From an uncultured Alphaproteobacteria bacterium (GTDB taxonomy: Bacteria; Pseudomonadota; Alphaproteobacteria; RF32; CAG-239), in NCBI GenBank assembly GCA_944391465.1, contig CALXTS010000003.1, positions 14,814-78,813 of the forward strand: DNA of 64,000 nucleotides, given 5' to 3'. Numbering within the stretch: the first letter of the stretch is position 1; every line of letters starts with the position of its first letter. A program made the position numbers and the translations under genes. Under the pieces are notes generated by a model, which was not told where the DNA came from, did no database searches, and saw only the letters and a list, made by a program, of their open reading frames with translations. Positions 39,439 through 49,653 of the stretch are shown here, one piece after another.

Positions 39439-39679
39439 TCTTTTAGAATAACTCATTTGCACAAATTAGTCAATCTATAATTTTATTGGGAAGACAAAAA
39501 ACATTACATCTACAAGAGCACAATCAAAAATAAAAATTTCATCACTAAATTCTTGAAATTTAATTTCAAAAGTGTATGGTAAAGCGAATTTATCCAAAAA
39601 GTGAAATCTATTTTCAGCGCTATGCACTTTAAAAATTTGCAAATAGATACGCATAGCCTTTTATTTAGGAAACAAAAAC

Positions 39680-41500
39680 ATGAATATGAGAAATATCGCC
39701 ATCATAGCCCACGTTGACCACGGCAAAACAACTATGGTTGATGGCCTTTTAAAACAAAGCGGTACTTTTCGCGATAATCAAAAAGTTGAAACTTGCGTTA
39801 TGGATAGTAACGAACTTGAACGTGAAAGAGGAATTACTATTCTTTCCAAATGCACTTCCGTTAATTGGAAAGGCACTCACATCAATATCGTAGATACACC
39901 GGGACACGCTGATTTTGGCGGAGAAGTCGAACGAATTCTCTCAATGGTTGACGGGGTCGTCCTTTTAGTTGACGCTTCGGAAGGCCCGATGCCGCAAACA
40001 AAATTTGTTACGGGAAAAGCGCTCAAACTGGGATTAAAACCAATTGTTGTTATCAACAAAGCAGACAAACCGGATGCCCGTGTTGATGATGTATTGAACG
40101 AAATATTTGATTTATTTGTCAGCTTAAACGCCAATGATGAACAACTTGATTTTCCGGTTTTATACGCATCCGGACGTAATGGCTGGGCGGTAAAAGAACT
40201 TGAGGACGAGAAAAAAGATTTAACCCCGCTGTTTGAGCTTATCTGTTCATATGTCCCCGAGCCCTCTTGTGAGCCGGATAAACCATTCTCAATGTTGGCC
40301 ACAACTCTTGAAGCCGATAAATTTATCGGTCGCCTTCTCACCGGAAAAATACAATCAGGCTCCTTAAAAGTTAATGATACCGTAAAAGTTCTCAATAGTG
40401 AAAACAAAGAGATTGAAAGAGTCCGTATCAGTAAAATATTGGCTTATCGCGGTCTTAATCGTGAAAGCCTTGAAGAAGCACATGCCGGAGATATTGTAGC
40501 CGTTGCCGGTGTTGTCAAAGGAACCGTTGCGGATACGATTTGCGCTTTAGACGTATCACAATCAATTCATGCACAACCGATAGATCCGCCGACATTGGCG
40601 ATGACCTTTTCAATTAATGATTCTCCGCTTGCCGGACGAGAAGGAGATAAGGTCACTTCTCGCATGATTTGGGATCGCTTATGCAAAGAAGCCGAAGGAA
40701 ATATCGCCTTAAAAATTTCTCGCACGGATTCTTCTGATTCGTTTGAAGTTGCCGGACGCGGAGAACTCCAACTTGGTGTATTAATTGAAACCATGCGTCG
40801 CGAAGGATTTGAATTATCAATCTCGCGTCCGCGAGTTTTAATGAAAAGAGATGAAAATGGCAAACTCTTAGAACCGGTAGAAGAAGTTGTTGTGGATGTA
40901 GATGAAGAATTCTCCGGAGCCGTTGTTGAAAAACTCGGTCGCCGCAGAGGTGAATTAATTGAGATGATTCCGTCCCAAATCGGCAACAAAGTCCGCCTGA
41001 TTTTTAATGCTCCTTCCAGAGGATTAATCGGTTATCACTCAGAATTTTTAACCGACACGCGCGGAACCGGTGTTATGAACCGTTTATTCAAATGCTATGA
41101 ACCCTATAAAGGAGAAATTGAGAGCCGCCGCAACGGTGTTCTTATTTCTTCTGAAACGGGAACAGCAATTGCTTATTCTTTGTGGAAACTTCAAGACCGC
41201 GGTCCGATGTTTATAGATTCGGGGGTTCCTGTTTATATGGGAATGATTATCGGGGAACACACCAAACCAAATGATATTGAAGTCAATCCTTGTAAATCAA
41301 AACAATTAACCAACATTCGTGCAGCCGGAAAAGATGAAGCTATTGACCTCATTCCGCCACGTAAATTAACGTTGGAACAAGGTTTGTCTTATATCCAAGA
41401 AGATGAGCTTTTAGAGGTAACCCCCAAAACGCTCCGTTTACGCAAACGTATTTTAGATCCGATTATGCGTAAGCGAGCAAAGCCTGAAATTATTGAATAA
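39680..41500 (+). CDS. typA: Translational GTPase TypA/BipA
   Basis: 606 aa. Motifs [17 protein letters not shown] and NKADK, with a BipA-specific C-terminal domain. Confidence 0.95.
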   Translation: MNMRNIAIIAHVDHGKTTMVDGLLKQSGTFRDNQKVETCVMDSNELERERGITILSKCTSVNWKGTHINIVDTPGHADFGGEVERILSMVDGVVLLVDASEGPMPQTKFVTGKALKLGLKPIVVINKADKPDARVDDVLNEIFDLFVSLNANDEQLDFPVLYASGRNGWAVKELEDEKKDLTPLFELICSYVPEPSCEPDKPFSMLATTLEADKFIGRLLTGKIQSGSLKVNDTVKVLNSENKEIERVRISKILAYRGLNRESLEEAHAGDIVAVAGVVKGTVADTICALDVSQSIHAQPIDPPTLAMTFSINDSPLAGREGDKVTSRMIWDRLCKEAEGNIALKISRTDSSDSFEVAGRGELQLGVLIETMRREGFELSISRPRVLMKRDENGKLLEPVEEVVVDVDEEFSGAVVEKLGRRRGELIEMIPSQIGNKVRLIFNAPSRGLIGYHSEFLTDTRGTGVMNRLFKCYEPYKGEIESRRNGVLISSETGTAIAYSLWKLQDRGPMFIDSGVPVYMGMIIGEHTKPNDIEVNPCKSKQLTNIRAAGKDEAIDLIPPRKLTLEQGLSYIQEDELLEVTPKTLRLRKRILDPIMRKRAKPEIIE

Positions 41501-41501
41501 C

Positions 41502-41545
41502 AAAAAAAAGAGACCTTGAAAGTTTTATTTCAAGGTCTTTTTTTT
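41502..41545. terminator. Bidirectional rho-independent terminator after typA
   Basis: AGACCTTGAAA/TTTCAAGGTCT 11-bp stem with A8 upstream and T8 downstream. Confidence 0.9.
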
Positions 41546-41549
41546 AGCA

Positions 41550-41915
41550 TTAATAATACTCTCCGTTACTACCAGCAGAACTTCGAGTTTCGTAATCTTT
41601 TTGCCGTTTCAATCTTTCTTCCAAATGCTTTTTACCGCGTCTCAAGCAAATCCGATAAATAACACAATCTATGCTCAGCAATAAAATTGATAATGCCAAA
41701 ACCATAAATGCGTAAGATATCAATACAGAAAAAACATTTGAGTTTTTTGCTTGGCTAAACACAGCCGCAACCACAAGCGACAGAACCAAAATAAAATTAG
41801 CACCGCGACTTAAAGACCCAAAAGAAAAACGCAAAAAAATCAATACTCCAGATATTCCGGCCAGCAAAAAAACCCACCAAGGAGCCTCAATTGCAAAAAA
41901 ACTAATAGTATCCAT
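41550..41915 (-). CDS. Hypothetical small membrane protein
   Basis: 121 aa, 3-4 hydrophobic helices, basic C-terminal tail. No family recognised. Confidence 0.5.
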   Translation of the reverse strand: MDTISFFAIEAPWWVFLLAGISGVLIFLRFSFGSLSRGANFILVLSLVVAAVFSQAKNSNVFSVLISYAFMVLALSILLLSIDCVIYRICLRRGKKHLEERLKRQKDYETRSSAGSNGEYY

Positions 41916-41976
41916 ATAATTTATATTTAAGATTCTTTGCCAGAGAGATTAAAACAAAAAAAAGAAAAAACAAGAT

Positions 41977-42001
41977 AAAAAAACCCGGAAACAATCCGGG
42001 T
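41977..42001 (-). terminator. Rho-independent terminator of the 42035..42391 gene
   Basis: On the minus strand, ACCCGGA-TTGTT-TCCGGGT followed by T7. Confidence 0.75.
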
Positions 42002-42034
42002 CTGGAGAAATTTTATAAAAGAATAATCTTAGAG

Positions 42035-42391
42035 TTATTCCTTTTCATTTTGCCTTTTCATTAATTGAGGATTAATCTCTGCTACTTTCTTTTTTCCTTC
42101 AGTTTTTTCAGGCATTTTACCTTTTTGAGATTTTTCTCTCAACTCTTTGGCTTTAGCTTTAAATTCGGCAATCTCTTTATCAATATTCATAATTGAAAGA
42201 TTAATCTTAACCATCTCATCATGAGAAGCATCTTGAGAGTTTCCGTTCGCCAATAATTTTAAATATTTATCTTTTTTTGTCTGTAATTTTAGCAGATGAT
42301 CCAAATCAGGAATTTCCGCAACAGAATTCAGATTCCCCATAGCAATAGAGGACATTCCTCGTTTCTGTTCAAAATCAGTTATTGTTGTCAT
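42035..42391 (-). CDS. Hypothetical charged/coiled-coil protein
   Basis: 118 aa, K/E-rich C-terminal half. GGAG RBS and its own terminator. No family recognised. Confidence 0.5.
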   Translation of the reverse strand: MTTITDFEQKRGMSSIAMGNLNSVAEIPDLDHLLKLQTKKDKYLKLLANGNSQDASHDEMVKINLSIMNIDKEIAEFKAKAKELREKSQKGKMPEKTEGKKKVAEINPQLMKRQNEKE

Positions 42392-42580
42392 TAAATTTCT
42401 CCAAATAAAAACTCTTTTCTTTTGTCTATTATCGCAATTTAAAACCTTTTTGTCAACTCAAAAAAAGAAAATAAAACAACTCTTTTTAATTCAAAAACGG
42501 CATTTATTGTTACATTTTTAACAATTTATAACCTATAATCTCTTAAAATCAACTTAATAAAACAAATTAGGCAAAAATAA

Positions 42581-44182
42581 ATGAGTCTTTTCAAATCTAT
42601 TGCAACCTTTGGCGGCTTCACGCTCATATCCCGAATTACCGGATTCTTTCGTGATATGGTTTTAGCCAATTTTCTCGGAGCAGGAATGATTTCCGATGCT
42701 TTTTTTGTTGCATTCAAACTTCCTAATCTTTTCCGCAGCCTGTTTGCCGAAGGTGCATTTACATCGGCATTTGTTCCTATGCTTTCACAAAAACTTGTTT
42801 CAAACGGCAAAAAAAGAACCATTCATTTTGCAGCACAAGCAATTTCTGTATTAGCCTTTTTTGTTGGAATTTTTGTCATATTAATGGAACTTTTGATGCC
42901 TTGGGTTGTAGAAGTATTGGCCCCTGGATTTGCCAATGATGCCGGAAAAATAGAATTGGCAGCTACACTCTCACGCATAACTTTTCCATTCTTACTTTTT
43001 ATATCCATAGTATCTTTTCAGTCAGGCATTTTAAATTCACTCGGAAAATTTGCCGCACCGGCATCAGCTCCGGTCATTCTCAATGTCATGATGATTATTT
43101 CCGTCTTTATTTTTGCTCCTTTCGGAGAAACACCGGCACATGGGATTGCTGTTGGTATAACGGTTGCCGGTTTTTTAGAAATTTTATGGTTATCATTCTT
43201 TCTGCATAAACAAGAAGTATATATAAAACCTCAAATTAATATACTCAGAATCATCAAACTTCCAGATATCAGAACCTTATTCAAACGCATCGCCCCTGGT
43301 ATCTTGGGTGCAGGTATTTACCAAATAAATATGGTTGTTGATACCATCTTGGTTTCATTGGTTGGCACCGGAGCCATTTCATGGCTTTATTACGCCAACA
43401 GGCTTCAACAACTTCCGCTTGGGGTTGTTGGCGCCGCTATTGGTGTTGCTGTCTTACCGATTCTCTCACAACACTTAAAAACCGACAATATTGAAGAAGC
43501 TCGCAATGTACAAAACAAAGCCATAGAATACGGAGGACTGTTATCAATTCCGGCCGCGGTAATATTAATCGTTTTGGCTGAACCGATAATCAATATCTTA
43601 TTTCAACACGGAAAATTCGGCGCTTTTGAAACAGAAATGACCGTAAAGGCTGTTATTGTTTATTCGATTGGTCTTCCGGCTTATGTCTTTGTAAAAGCGC
43701 TCGCACCTAATTTTTTTGCCAGAGGAGATACCAAAACTCCCGTAAAATACAGCATTGTTGTTTTACTGGTCAATTTAATTTTTTCAATTATTTTAATGCG
43801 TCCGTTCGGGCATGCAGGCATAGCCGGAGCAACAACCATTGCCGCCTTTGTTTCTTTATACCAATATTGCCGAGGATTAAGAAAAAGAGACTTTTGGTCT
43901 TTTCCAAAATTTTTAATAATCAAAACCTTAAAAATTATCTTCTGTTCTTTAGTTATGGCCATACTGCTTGAAATCGGTTTATATCTGTTAAATCAACAAT
44001 TCGGAAATTGGCTTAACTTGCATATCATACCTAAATTATTCATTTTTGGAGTTTTATGTATTTTGGGTGTTGCAAGTTTCTTAATAACCGCTAAACTTAC
44101 ACATGTATTGGATATTCAAGAAATTTTACATACGTTTATGAAAAAAGGTCAAAAAAGATGCTCAAATCCGCCATCCGCATAG
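42581..44182 (+). CDS. murJ: Lipid II flippase MurJ (MviN)
   Basis: 533 aa polytopic protein. N-terminal SRITGFFRDMVLANFLGAG..SDAFFVAFKLPNLFR is typical of MurJ. Confidence 0.9.
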   Translation: MSLFKSIATFGGFTLISRITGFFRDMVLANFLGAGMISDAFFVAFKLPNLFRSLFAEGAFTSAFVPMLSQKLVSNGKKRTIHFAAQAISVLAFFVGIFVILMELLMPWVVEVLAPGFANDAGKIELAATLSRITFPFLLFISIVSFQSGILNSLGKFAAPASAPVILNVMMIISVFIFAPFGETPAHGIAVGITVAGFLEILWLSFFLHKQEVYIKPQINILRIIKLPDIRTLFKRIAPGILGAGIYQINMVVDTILVSLVGTGAISWLYYANRLQQLPLGVVGAAIGVAVLPILSQHLKTDNIEEARNVQNKAIEYGGLLSIPAAVILIVLAEPIINILFQHGKFGAFETEMTVKAVIVYSIGLPAYVFVKALAPNFFARGDTKTPVKYSIVVLLVNLIFSIILMRPFGHAGIAGATTIAAFVSLYQYCRGLRKRDFWSFPKFLIIKTLKIIFCSLVMAILLEIGLYLLNQQFGNWLNLHIIPKLFIFGVLCILGVASFLITAKLTHVLDIQEILHTFMKKGQKRCSNPPSA

Positions 44183-45198
44183 TTTTAAAATATAGTCAAA
44201 CTTTGCTCTCCGGACTAAAAGAAATACTGATAAAAATAATATTAAAATTAAGCAAGCTCAGATTCTTGTCGATTTTCAGCTCTTGGACTCAACTCTTGGG
44301 AATTCTTATTTTAGTTTTTATCGGGCTGTATTATCCTGTGGGCGGATACCTTATCAATAAAATAGATACAAATACGGAATTTGAAATCAGCGTATCTCCG
44401 GAACAATCAGCCACGTTAGAAACGATGTCTTACCTGATTAAACGTGAAGTAAATGACAATCTCTGGACGCCGAATTTACCTTTTATCTTTCCGTCTTATT
44501 TTCTGGATAATATGCCTAATTTTCAGCTTGGAATTATGTCTGCCGTCGGAAGGACTACTTTCGCCCTGTCCAAAAAATTGGACAAAGGAGTGATTAGCGA
44601 GAAAGAAAACCCGCTAAAAGAAGCCGCTATGTTATTACAGTACCCAGGAACAATCTGGATGTTTTCTCCGCAAAACAAACTAACGCCGGTACCTTCAGCT
44701 AACAGTCAATATCGAAAAGGACGTCGCAGATTGATTGAATATAACCAATTTCTCTCTGAAGGAAGCCGTATATTTTATAAAAGCCCGCAAGATTTAGCCT
44801 ACTTTACAAAAATCACGGCGTCCACCTTATGGAAAAATAATTTAAACATAGAAAATCATATCAGAGAATATAGTCAAAGCATTCTCAATAATAAGGCAGA
44901 CGATTTATTTTATTACACACAAGGTCAAGCATATGCCTACTATTTGATTATGCGAGGACTTGCTCAAGACTATAAAGAAATAATCGTAAAAAATGAAATC
45001 TATGAAGACTGGATAAAAGCAATTAAATATCTGGAAAGTGCGTCACGCCTAAATCCAACCATCGTCAGAAATGGCGTCTTAGACAGTTCTTTTACACCGA
45101 ATCACCTGGCCTCGATAAGCTATTATACAACACGAGCCGCATATGTTATCAAAACAATTTCTTTCAAATTAAAAAACCTCTCCGTACAAGGACAATAA
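44158..45198 (+). CDS. Conserved membrane-anchored protein (DUF2333-like, assignment from memory)
   Basis: 346 aa. One N-terminal TM helix, then a soluble domain. Overlaps the murJ 3' end by 25 nt. Confidence 0.6.
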   Translation: MLKSAIRIVLKYSQTLLSGLKEILIKIILKLSKLRFLSIFSSWTQLLGILILVFIGLYYPVGGYLINKIDTNTEFEISVSPEQSATLETMSYLIKREVNDNLWTPNLPFIFPSYFLDNMPNFQLGIMSAVGRTTFALSKKLDKGVISEKENPLKEAAMLLQYPGTIWMFSPQNKLTPVPSANSQYRKGRRRLIEYNQFLSEGSRIFYKSPQDLAYFTKITASTLWKNNLNIENHIREYSQSILNNKADDLFYYTQGQAYAYYLIMRGLAQDYKEIIVKNEIYEDWIKAIKYLESASRLNPTIVRNGVLDSSFTPNHLASISYYTTRAAYVIKTISFKLKNLSVQGQ

Positions 45199-45199
45199 A

Positions 45200-45757
45200 A
45201 TGATAATTGAAACACAAAACACTCCTGAAGAAAACGTTATTAACTTTTTTCCTCCCGTCCAAATTTTAAAATCGGGAACAGCCGAATTTGCCGATGCGAA
45301 ATCGATTCGTAAATCTCCGTTGGCAGAACAAATTTTTGATTTAGGCGGCATTGTTTCTGTTTTTATCACACAAGATATGATTTCCGTAACCAAAGAACCA
45401 TCTACTGATTGGGAAACCTTAAAACCTCAAATCATGGCAGAAATCATGGACTACATTTCCACAGGAGAAAAAGCCGTAGTAGAGCCCCAACCATTATCTG
45501 AAGAAGAAAGTGAAACAATCAAACAAATTATTGGTTTAATCAATGCTCGCGTACGACCGGCAGTAAAACAAGACGGAGGAGACATTATCTACCATAGTTT
45601 TGAAAACGGCATCGTCTTTGTAGAAATGAAAGGTTCATGTTCCGGATGCCCCTATGCACTGGTAACCCTAAAAGAAGGCGTTGAAAAACTCTTAAAAACA
45701 TATATTCCCGCGGTTAAAGAAGTCCGCAATATAAAACAAAAAAATGAAAAAAAATGA
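45200..45757 (+). CDS. NifU/Nfu-type Fe-S cluster scaffold protein (Nfu_N + NifU C-terminal domain)
   Basis: 185 aa. C-terminal RPAVKQDGGDI...GSCSGCP motif. Confidence 0.85.
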   Translation: MIIETQNTPEENVINFFPPVQILKSGTAEFADAKSIRKSPLAEQIFDLGGIVSVFITQDMISVTKEPSTDWETLKPQIMAEIMDYISTGEKAVVEPQPLSEEESETIKQIIGLINARVRPAVKQDGGDIIYHSFENGIVFVEMKGSCSGCPYALVTLKEGVEKLLKTYIPAVKEVRNIKQKNEKK

Positions 45758-46713
45758 AAATAAGATTTCTGACATTAATACTTTGTTTTTTTCTAGTTTG
45801 GGAAGTTAAAGCCCAAACGGCAGCCCTTGAACTGGAAAATATTGATGTTTCCAGCCTTAAAGAAATCTATGCTTTCTACGATTACGACGGAGTTAAAGGA
45901 TATCTTCGCCTACCGAGTTATACATATCCTCCGATATTTCTAAAAAATTTCCCATCAGACTTCACTAAAATAACCGATGAAAAAGAACGGAATGCAATAT
46001 TCATTAAAATTCTTGCACCGTTGACCTTTAAAATCAATCGTGAAATCATAGAAGAACGCAAAAAAATACAAGAGATTGAGAAAGACTTTGTTCAAAAACA
46101 AGAACTTTCGGAAAAACAAAGTAAATACATTGAGGAAAAAGCCCTTAAATATGATATTTTTAGTCGCCTAAAAGGCTACCAACGCAACAAATACCTTATA
46201 TCTGAATTACTAAACAAAGTTGATGCGCTCCCCCCTTCATTTTTAATAGCTGCCGCAGCCATGGAAACGAATTGGGGCATGTCAAGAATAGTAAAAGAAG
46301 GAAACTCTTTATACAAACAACTTGTTTGGCACACCCAAAACGGATTAAAACCGGAAGGTGAAGAGGAAGACGACAGCTACCGAATAGCAATTTTCCCCAA
46401 CCTTGAATCTTCAATGAGGGCCTTTGCGCTCAAATTAAATTCAAGCATTTCATTTGAGCATTTGCGCAATTTTCGCAGAGAATTACGTTACCAAAACAGC
46501 ATTTTGACCGGGAGCACTTTCGTATACACCATGTTATGGAACTCTCCCTTAAAAAATTATGCCGGAATCATTGAATATACAATTGCTTATTATGAACTCA
46601 ATATAATTGACAAATCAAGATTAGATAGTAAAATAATCAGCAAACCATTACCAAAAAAATTAAAAAAATTTCAGATAGATACAAAGAAAAAGAAAGAAAA
46701 AGGATTAGTGTAA
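45754..46713 (+). CDS. Bax-like secreted glucosaminidase-domain protein
   Basis: 319 aa. Signal peptide, and an AAAAMETNWGMSR motif resembling the FlgJ/Bax muramidase catalytic Glu context. Confidence 0.7.
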   Translation: MKIRFLTLILCFFLVWEVKAQTAALELENIDVSSLKEIYAFYDYDGVKGYLRLPSYTYPPIFLKNFPSDFTKITDEKERNAIFIKILAPLTFKINREIIEERKKIQEIEKDFVQKQELSEKQSKYIEEKALKYDIFSRLKGYQRNKYLISELLNKVDALPPSFLIAAAAMETNWGMSRIVKEGNSLYKQLVWHTQNGLKPEGEEEDDSYRIAIFPNLESSMRAFALKLNSSISFEHLRNFRRELRYQNSILTGSTFVYTMLWNSPLKNYAGIIEYTIAYYELNIIDKSRLDSKIISKPLPKKLKKFQIDTKKKKEKGLV

Positions 46714-46778
46714 CAAAAATGTAATTAGTGTTTTAGACAAAATCATATTATTATATATACAGATGCAACAATAAAAAG

Positions 46779-47909
46779 ATGATGAACATGGACAAGAACC
46801 GGCTAAACAAGCAAGACGTTATCAATCTTTCTCAAGCCCCTAAAAAGGTAGAGAATAAGATGGTTGTCGCGCAAAAAATAGTATCTTTTTACAACTCTGC
46901 CAAAATCCAGAATAAATTAAAAAACATAGAAGCCTCTTTGGCTGAAGATATTTTTCGGATTCTGATAAAAGATGTAGAACTTAAAGTAAGACAAACGCTA
47001 GCAGAAAGTTTAAAAAACAGCCGCAATCTTCCCAAAGATATTGTTAACTCACTATTAAAAGAAACGGCTTCCATCTCACTTCCATTCATAAAATACTATC
47101 AAGATTTAACTTCTGAAGACCTAAAAAAAATTATAGATTTATCAAACATTCACCAACAAAAAGCCGTAGCCGGAAGACTTAACTTACCGGAAGAAATTTC
47201 CCAGTATATTGTTGATAAATGCCCCTCAGAAGTTGTAGGTGTTCTGGTATCAAACGAAACAGCCGAAATCAAAGAAGAAACTTACAACAATATTTTGCAA
47301 AAATATTTTCATGACGAAGATATTAAACGTCGTTTGGTTTATCGAAGTGAACTTCCTGTTTCCATTATAGAAAAAATGGCACATTCTTTATCAGAAGAAC
47401 TCAAGAAACGCTTAATACTGACACACAATATTCCAATAAATTTGGCAACGGATATTATTGAAGAAGTTAAAGAAAAAACAACCTTAAAAATTTCTGAAGA
47501 ATTTAGCTCAGACAAACAAATTGAAGAGCTTGTCCATCAACTATACAGCGCCAATCGCTTAACCCCCAACATGATTGTTCGTTCAATTTGTCTCGGAGAT
47601 TTAAAATTTTTTGAATACGCATTAGTCTATTTATCAAACACCCCGATTATTGAAGTTCGCAAAATTCTCTTTAATACATCGGCAGACTTTATGGTTAGAA
47701 ATTTACTAAGAAAAGCTTACATTCCAAAAACATTATTTCCGGCAGTTTTTACGGCTTTAAAAGTAATAAAAGACATTCACTTTGATTGTCGAAAAGATAA
47801 TCGAAAAGCCTTTGGACACAAAGTAATTGAAAGAATTTTAACCAACAATTACAATAGCGACGAATTAAATGAAGAAGATATTAAATACCTAATATCAAAA
47901 ATAAGCTAA
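46779..47909 (+). CDS. DUF2336-family helical-repeat protein
   Basis: 376 aa. Repeated helical segments such as VRQTLAESLKNSRNLPKDIV are typical of alphaproteobacterial DUF2336 (from memory). Confidence 0.6.
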   Translation: MMNMDKNRLNKQDVINLSQAPKKVENKMVVAQKIVSFYNSAKIQNKLKNIEASLAEDIFRILIKDVELKVRQTLAESLKNSRNLPKDIVNSLLKETASISLPFIKYYQDLTSEDLKKIIDLSNIHQQKAVAGRLNLPEEISQYIVDKCPSEVVGVLVSNETAEIKEETYNNILQKYFHDEDIKRRLVYRSELPVSIIEKMAHSLSEELKKRLILTHNIPINLATDIIEEVKEKTTLKISEEFSSDKQIEELVHQLYSANRLTPNMIVRSICLGDLKFFEYALVYLSNTPIIEVRKILFNTSADFMVRNLLRKAYIPKTLFPAVFTALKVIKDIHFDCRKDNRKAFGHKVIERILTNNYNSDELNEEDIKYLISKIS

Positions 47910-47976
47910 AACTTATAATTTTTTAACCAATTTTTGCTATCCTCTGTACTAAAATATTACAGATTAGGATAATACG

Positions 47977-49653
47977 GTGGCCGGATTAAATTCATCAAGC
48001 AACAGTTTGTTATCGTTAATTGATTCTTTAATATCAACTGACTATAACAGCATCACGGAAAAAATTCTGGAATATGCAATAAACAGCGCCGGAATTGACG
48101 GATACATATTTATTTCAATCAGCGACAATAATTACCTCAATCTTGAAAACGGTTGGATAAAAAGCCTAAATTTACACGCATTAAACCCAGAACTTGCAGG
48201 TCTCTTTCCCAGCCGCTCAATAAATGACATAAAAAACAAAAAAAAACGTAGTCCGGCAGAAACATGTGCACTCACACATGAAATTATGAATATAAGCAAT
48301 TTCTACGCTCATCCTGATTTAGACACCTCAGCATTTTCAAAATTTGATGAAATTTGCAATTATTCAACCATCTCCGCACTGGTCATTCCCCTGATAGATC
48401 GTAAAAATAATCCTGTCGGCATTGTAGAATTCATCAACAACCTTGACAGCAACGGAAAAAACATCAACTTTACTTCTGAAGATCAAAACGAACTTTTAAC
48501 CTTATGCAAACTTCTTACCGTCACTCTTGAAAATAAAAAACTTGGAGAAGATTACACCCAGCTTTTGGAATCTTTCATAGAAGTTCTGGCAAGAGCCATC
48601 GACGCAAAATCTCCCTACACAGGAGCACATTGTCAAAGAGTTCCGATTATAGCCCGTCTATTAGCAACTGCGGTTATTGAACAAGACAGTGGTAAATATA
48701 AAGATTTCACGATGAGTGATACAGATCTTTATACTTTACATATTGCCTCTTGGTTGCACGACTGCGGAAAAATAACCACTCCTGAATACATTGTTGACAA
48801 AGCCAGTAAATTAGAAGGAATTTTCAATCGCATTCATGAAATCCGGGATAGATTTGAGATTCTGCGCCGGGATGCCCATATTTTGTATCTACAAAAAAGG
48901 CTCCAAAATACCGACAGCAAAGAAAAACTGCAAGCAGAATACATCAATACCGTCAAACAATTAGAGAATAATTTTGCATTTATTGCAAAGTGCAACACCG
49001 GAGATATTCCCTTAACCGATGAAGATATATCACATCTAGAAGAACTATCTAAAATACAATTCGTCAGATATTTCAATCGAATGCTTGGACTGTCATGGGC
49101 AGAAAGAGAAAGAATAAAAGATACAAAATTATTCAGTGAACCGGCAAAAGAAAACCTGCTGCAAAATCGTCCTGACCACATTGCCGGAATTTATAATTAC
49201 GGAGAATTATACAACCTCAGTATCCCGAGAGGAACCATTAACAAAGAAGAAAGAGAAAAAATAAACGAACATATTGTTGTAACAATAGAGATGTTAAAGG
49301 CTCTGCCTTTCCCAAAAGAATTATCCAATATTGTAGAATACGCAGGCGCTCACCATGAACGTATAGACGGAAAAGGTTATCCGAACGGCCTTACCGGAGA
49401 ACAAATGTCCGTTCCTGCTAAAATAATGGCAATTGCCGACATCTTTGAAGCCTTGACCGCTTCAGACCGCCCATATAAAGAACCTAAAAAACTCTCAGAA
49501 GTCTTAGGTATCATGAAAGAAATGAAAAATAACGGACATATAGATCCTGACCTTTATGACATTTTCATCCGCAGTCGAGTCTTTCAAGAATATGCCAATC
49601 AATACATTAAGAGTGAACAAATTGATGAAATAAATATAGAGGATTATCTGTAA
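47977..49653 (+). CDS. HD-GYP domain cyclic-di-nucleotide phosphodiesterase with N-terminal GAF-like domain
   Basis: 558 aa, GTG start. Motifs HDCGK and HHERIDGKGYP. N-terminal VIPLIDRKNNPVGIVEFIN resembles GAF. Confidence 0.85.
   Translation: MAGLNSSSNSLLSLIDSLISTDYNSITEKILEYAINSAGIDGYIFISISDNNYLNLENGWIKSLNLHALNPELAGLFPSRSINDIKNKKKRSPAETCALTHEIMNISNFYAHPDLDTSAFSKFDEICNYSTISALVIPLIDRKNNPVGIVEFINNLDSNGKNINFTSEDQNELLTLCKLLTVTLENKKLGEDYTQLLESFIEVLARAIDAKSPYTGAHCQRVPIIARLLATAVIEQDSGKYKDFTMSDTDLYTLHIASWLHDCGKITTPEYIVDKASKLEGIFNRIHEIRDRFEILRRDAHILYLQKRLQNTDSKEKLQAEYINTVKQLENNFAFIAKCNTGDIPLTDEDISHLEELSKIQFVRYFNRMLGLSWAERERIKDTKLFSEPAKENLLQNRPDHIAGIYNYGELYNLSIPRGTINKEEREKINEHIVVTIEMLKALPFPKELSNIVEYAGAHHERIDGKGYPNGLTGEQMSVPAKIMAIADIFEALTASDRPYKEPKKLSEVLGIMKEMKNNGHIDPDLYDIFIRSRVFQEYANQYIKSEQIDEINIEDYL

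Noticed and set aside
39877-40989. Minus-strand ORFs of 176 aa and 140 aa inside typA.
   Set aside because: These are Ser/Pro-rich antisense translations of a highly conserved GTPase gene, typical shadow ORFs.
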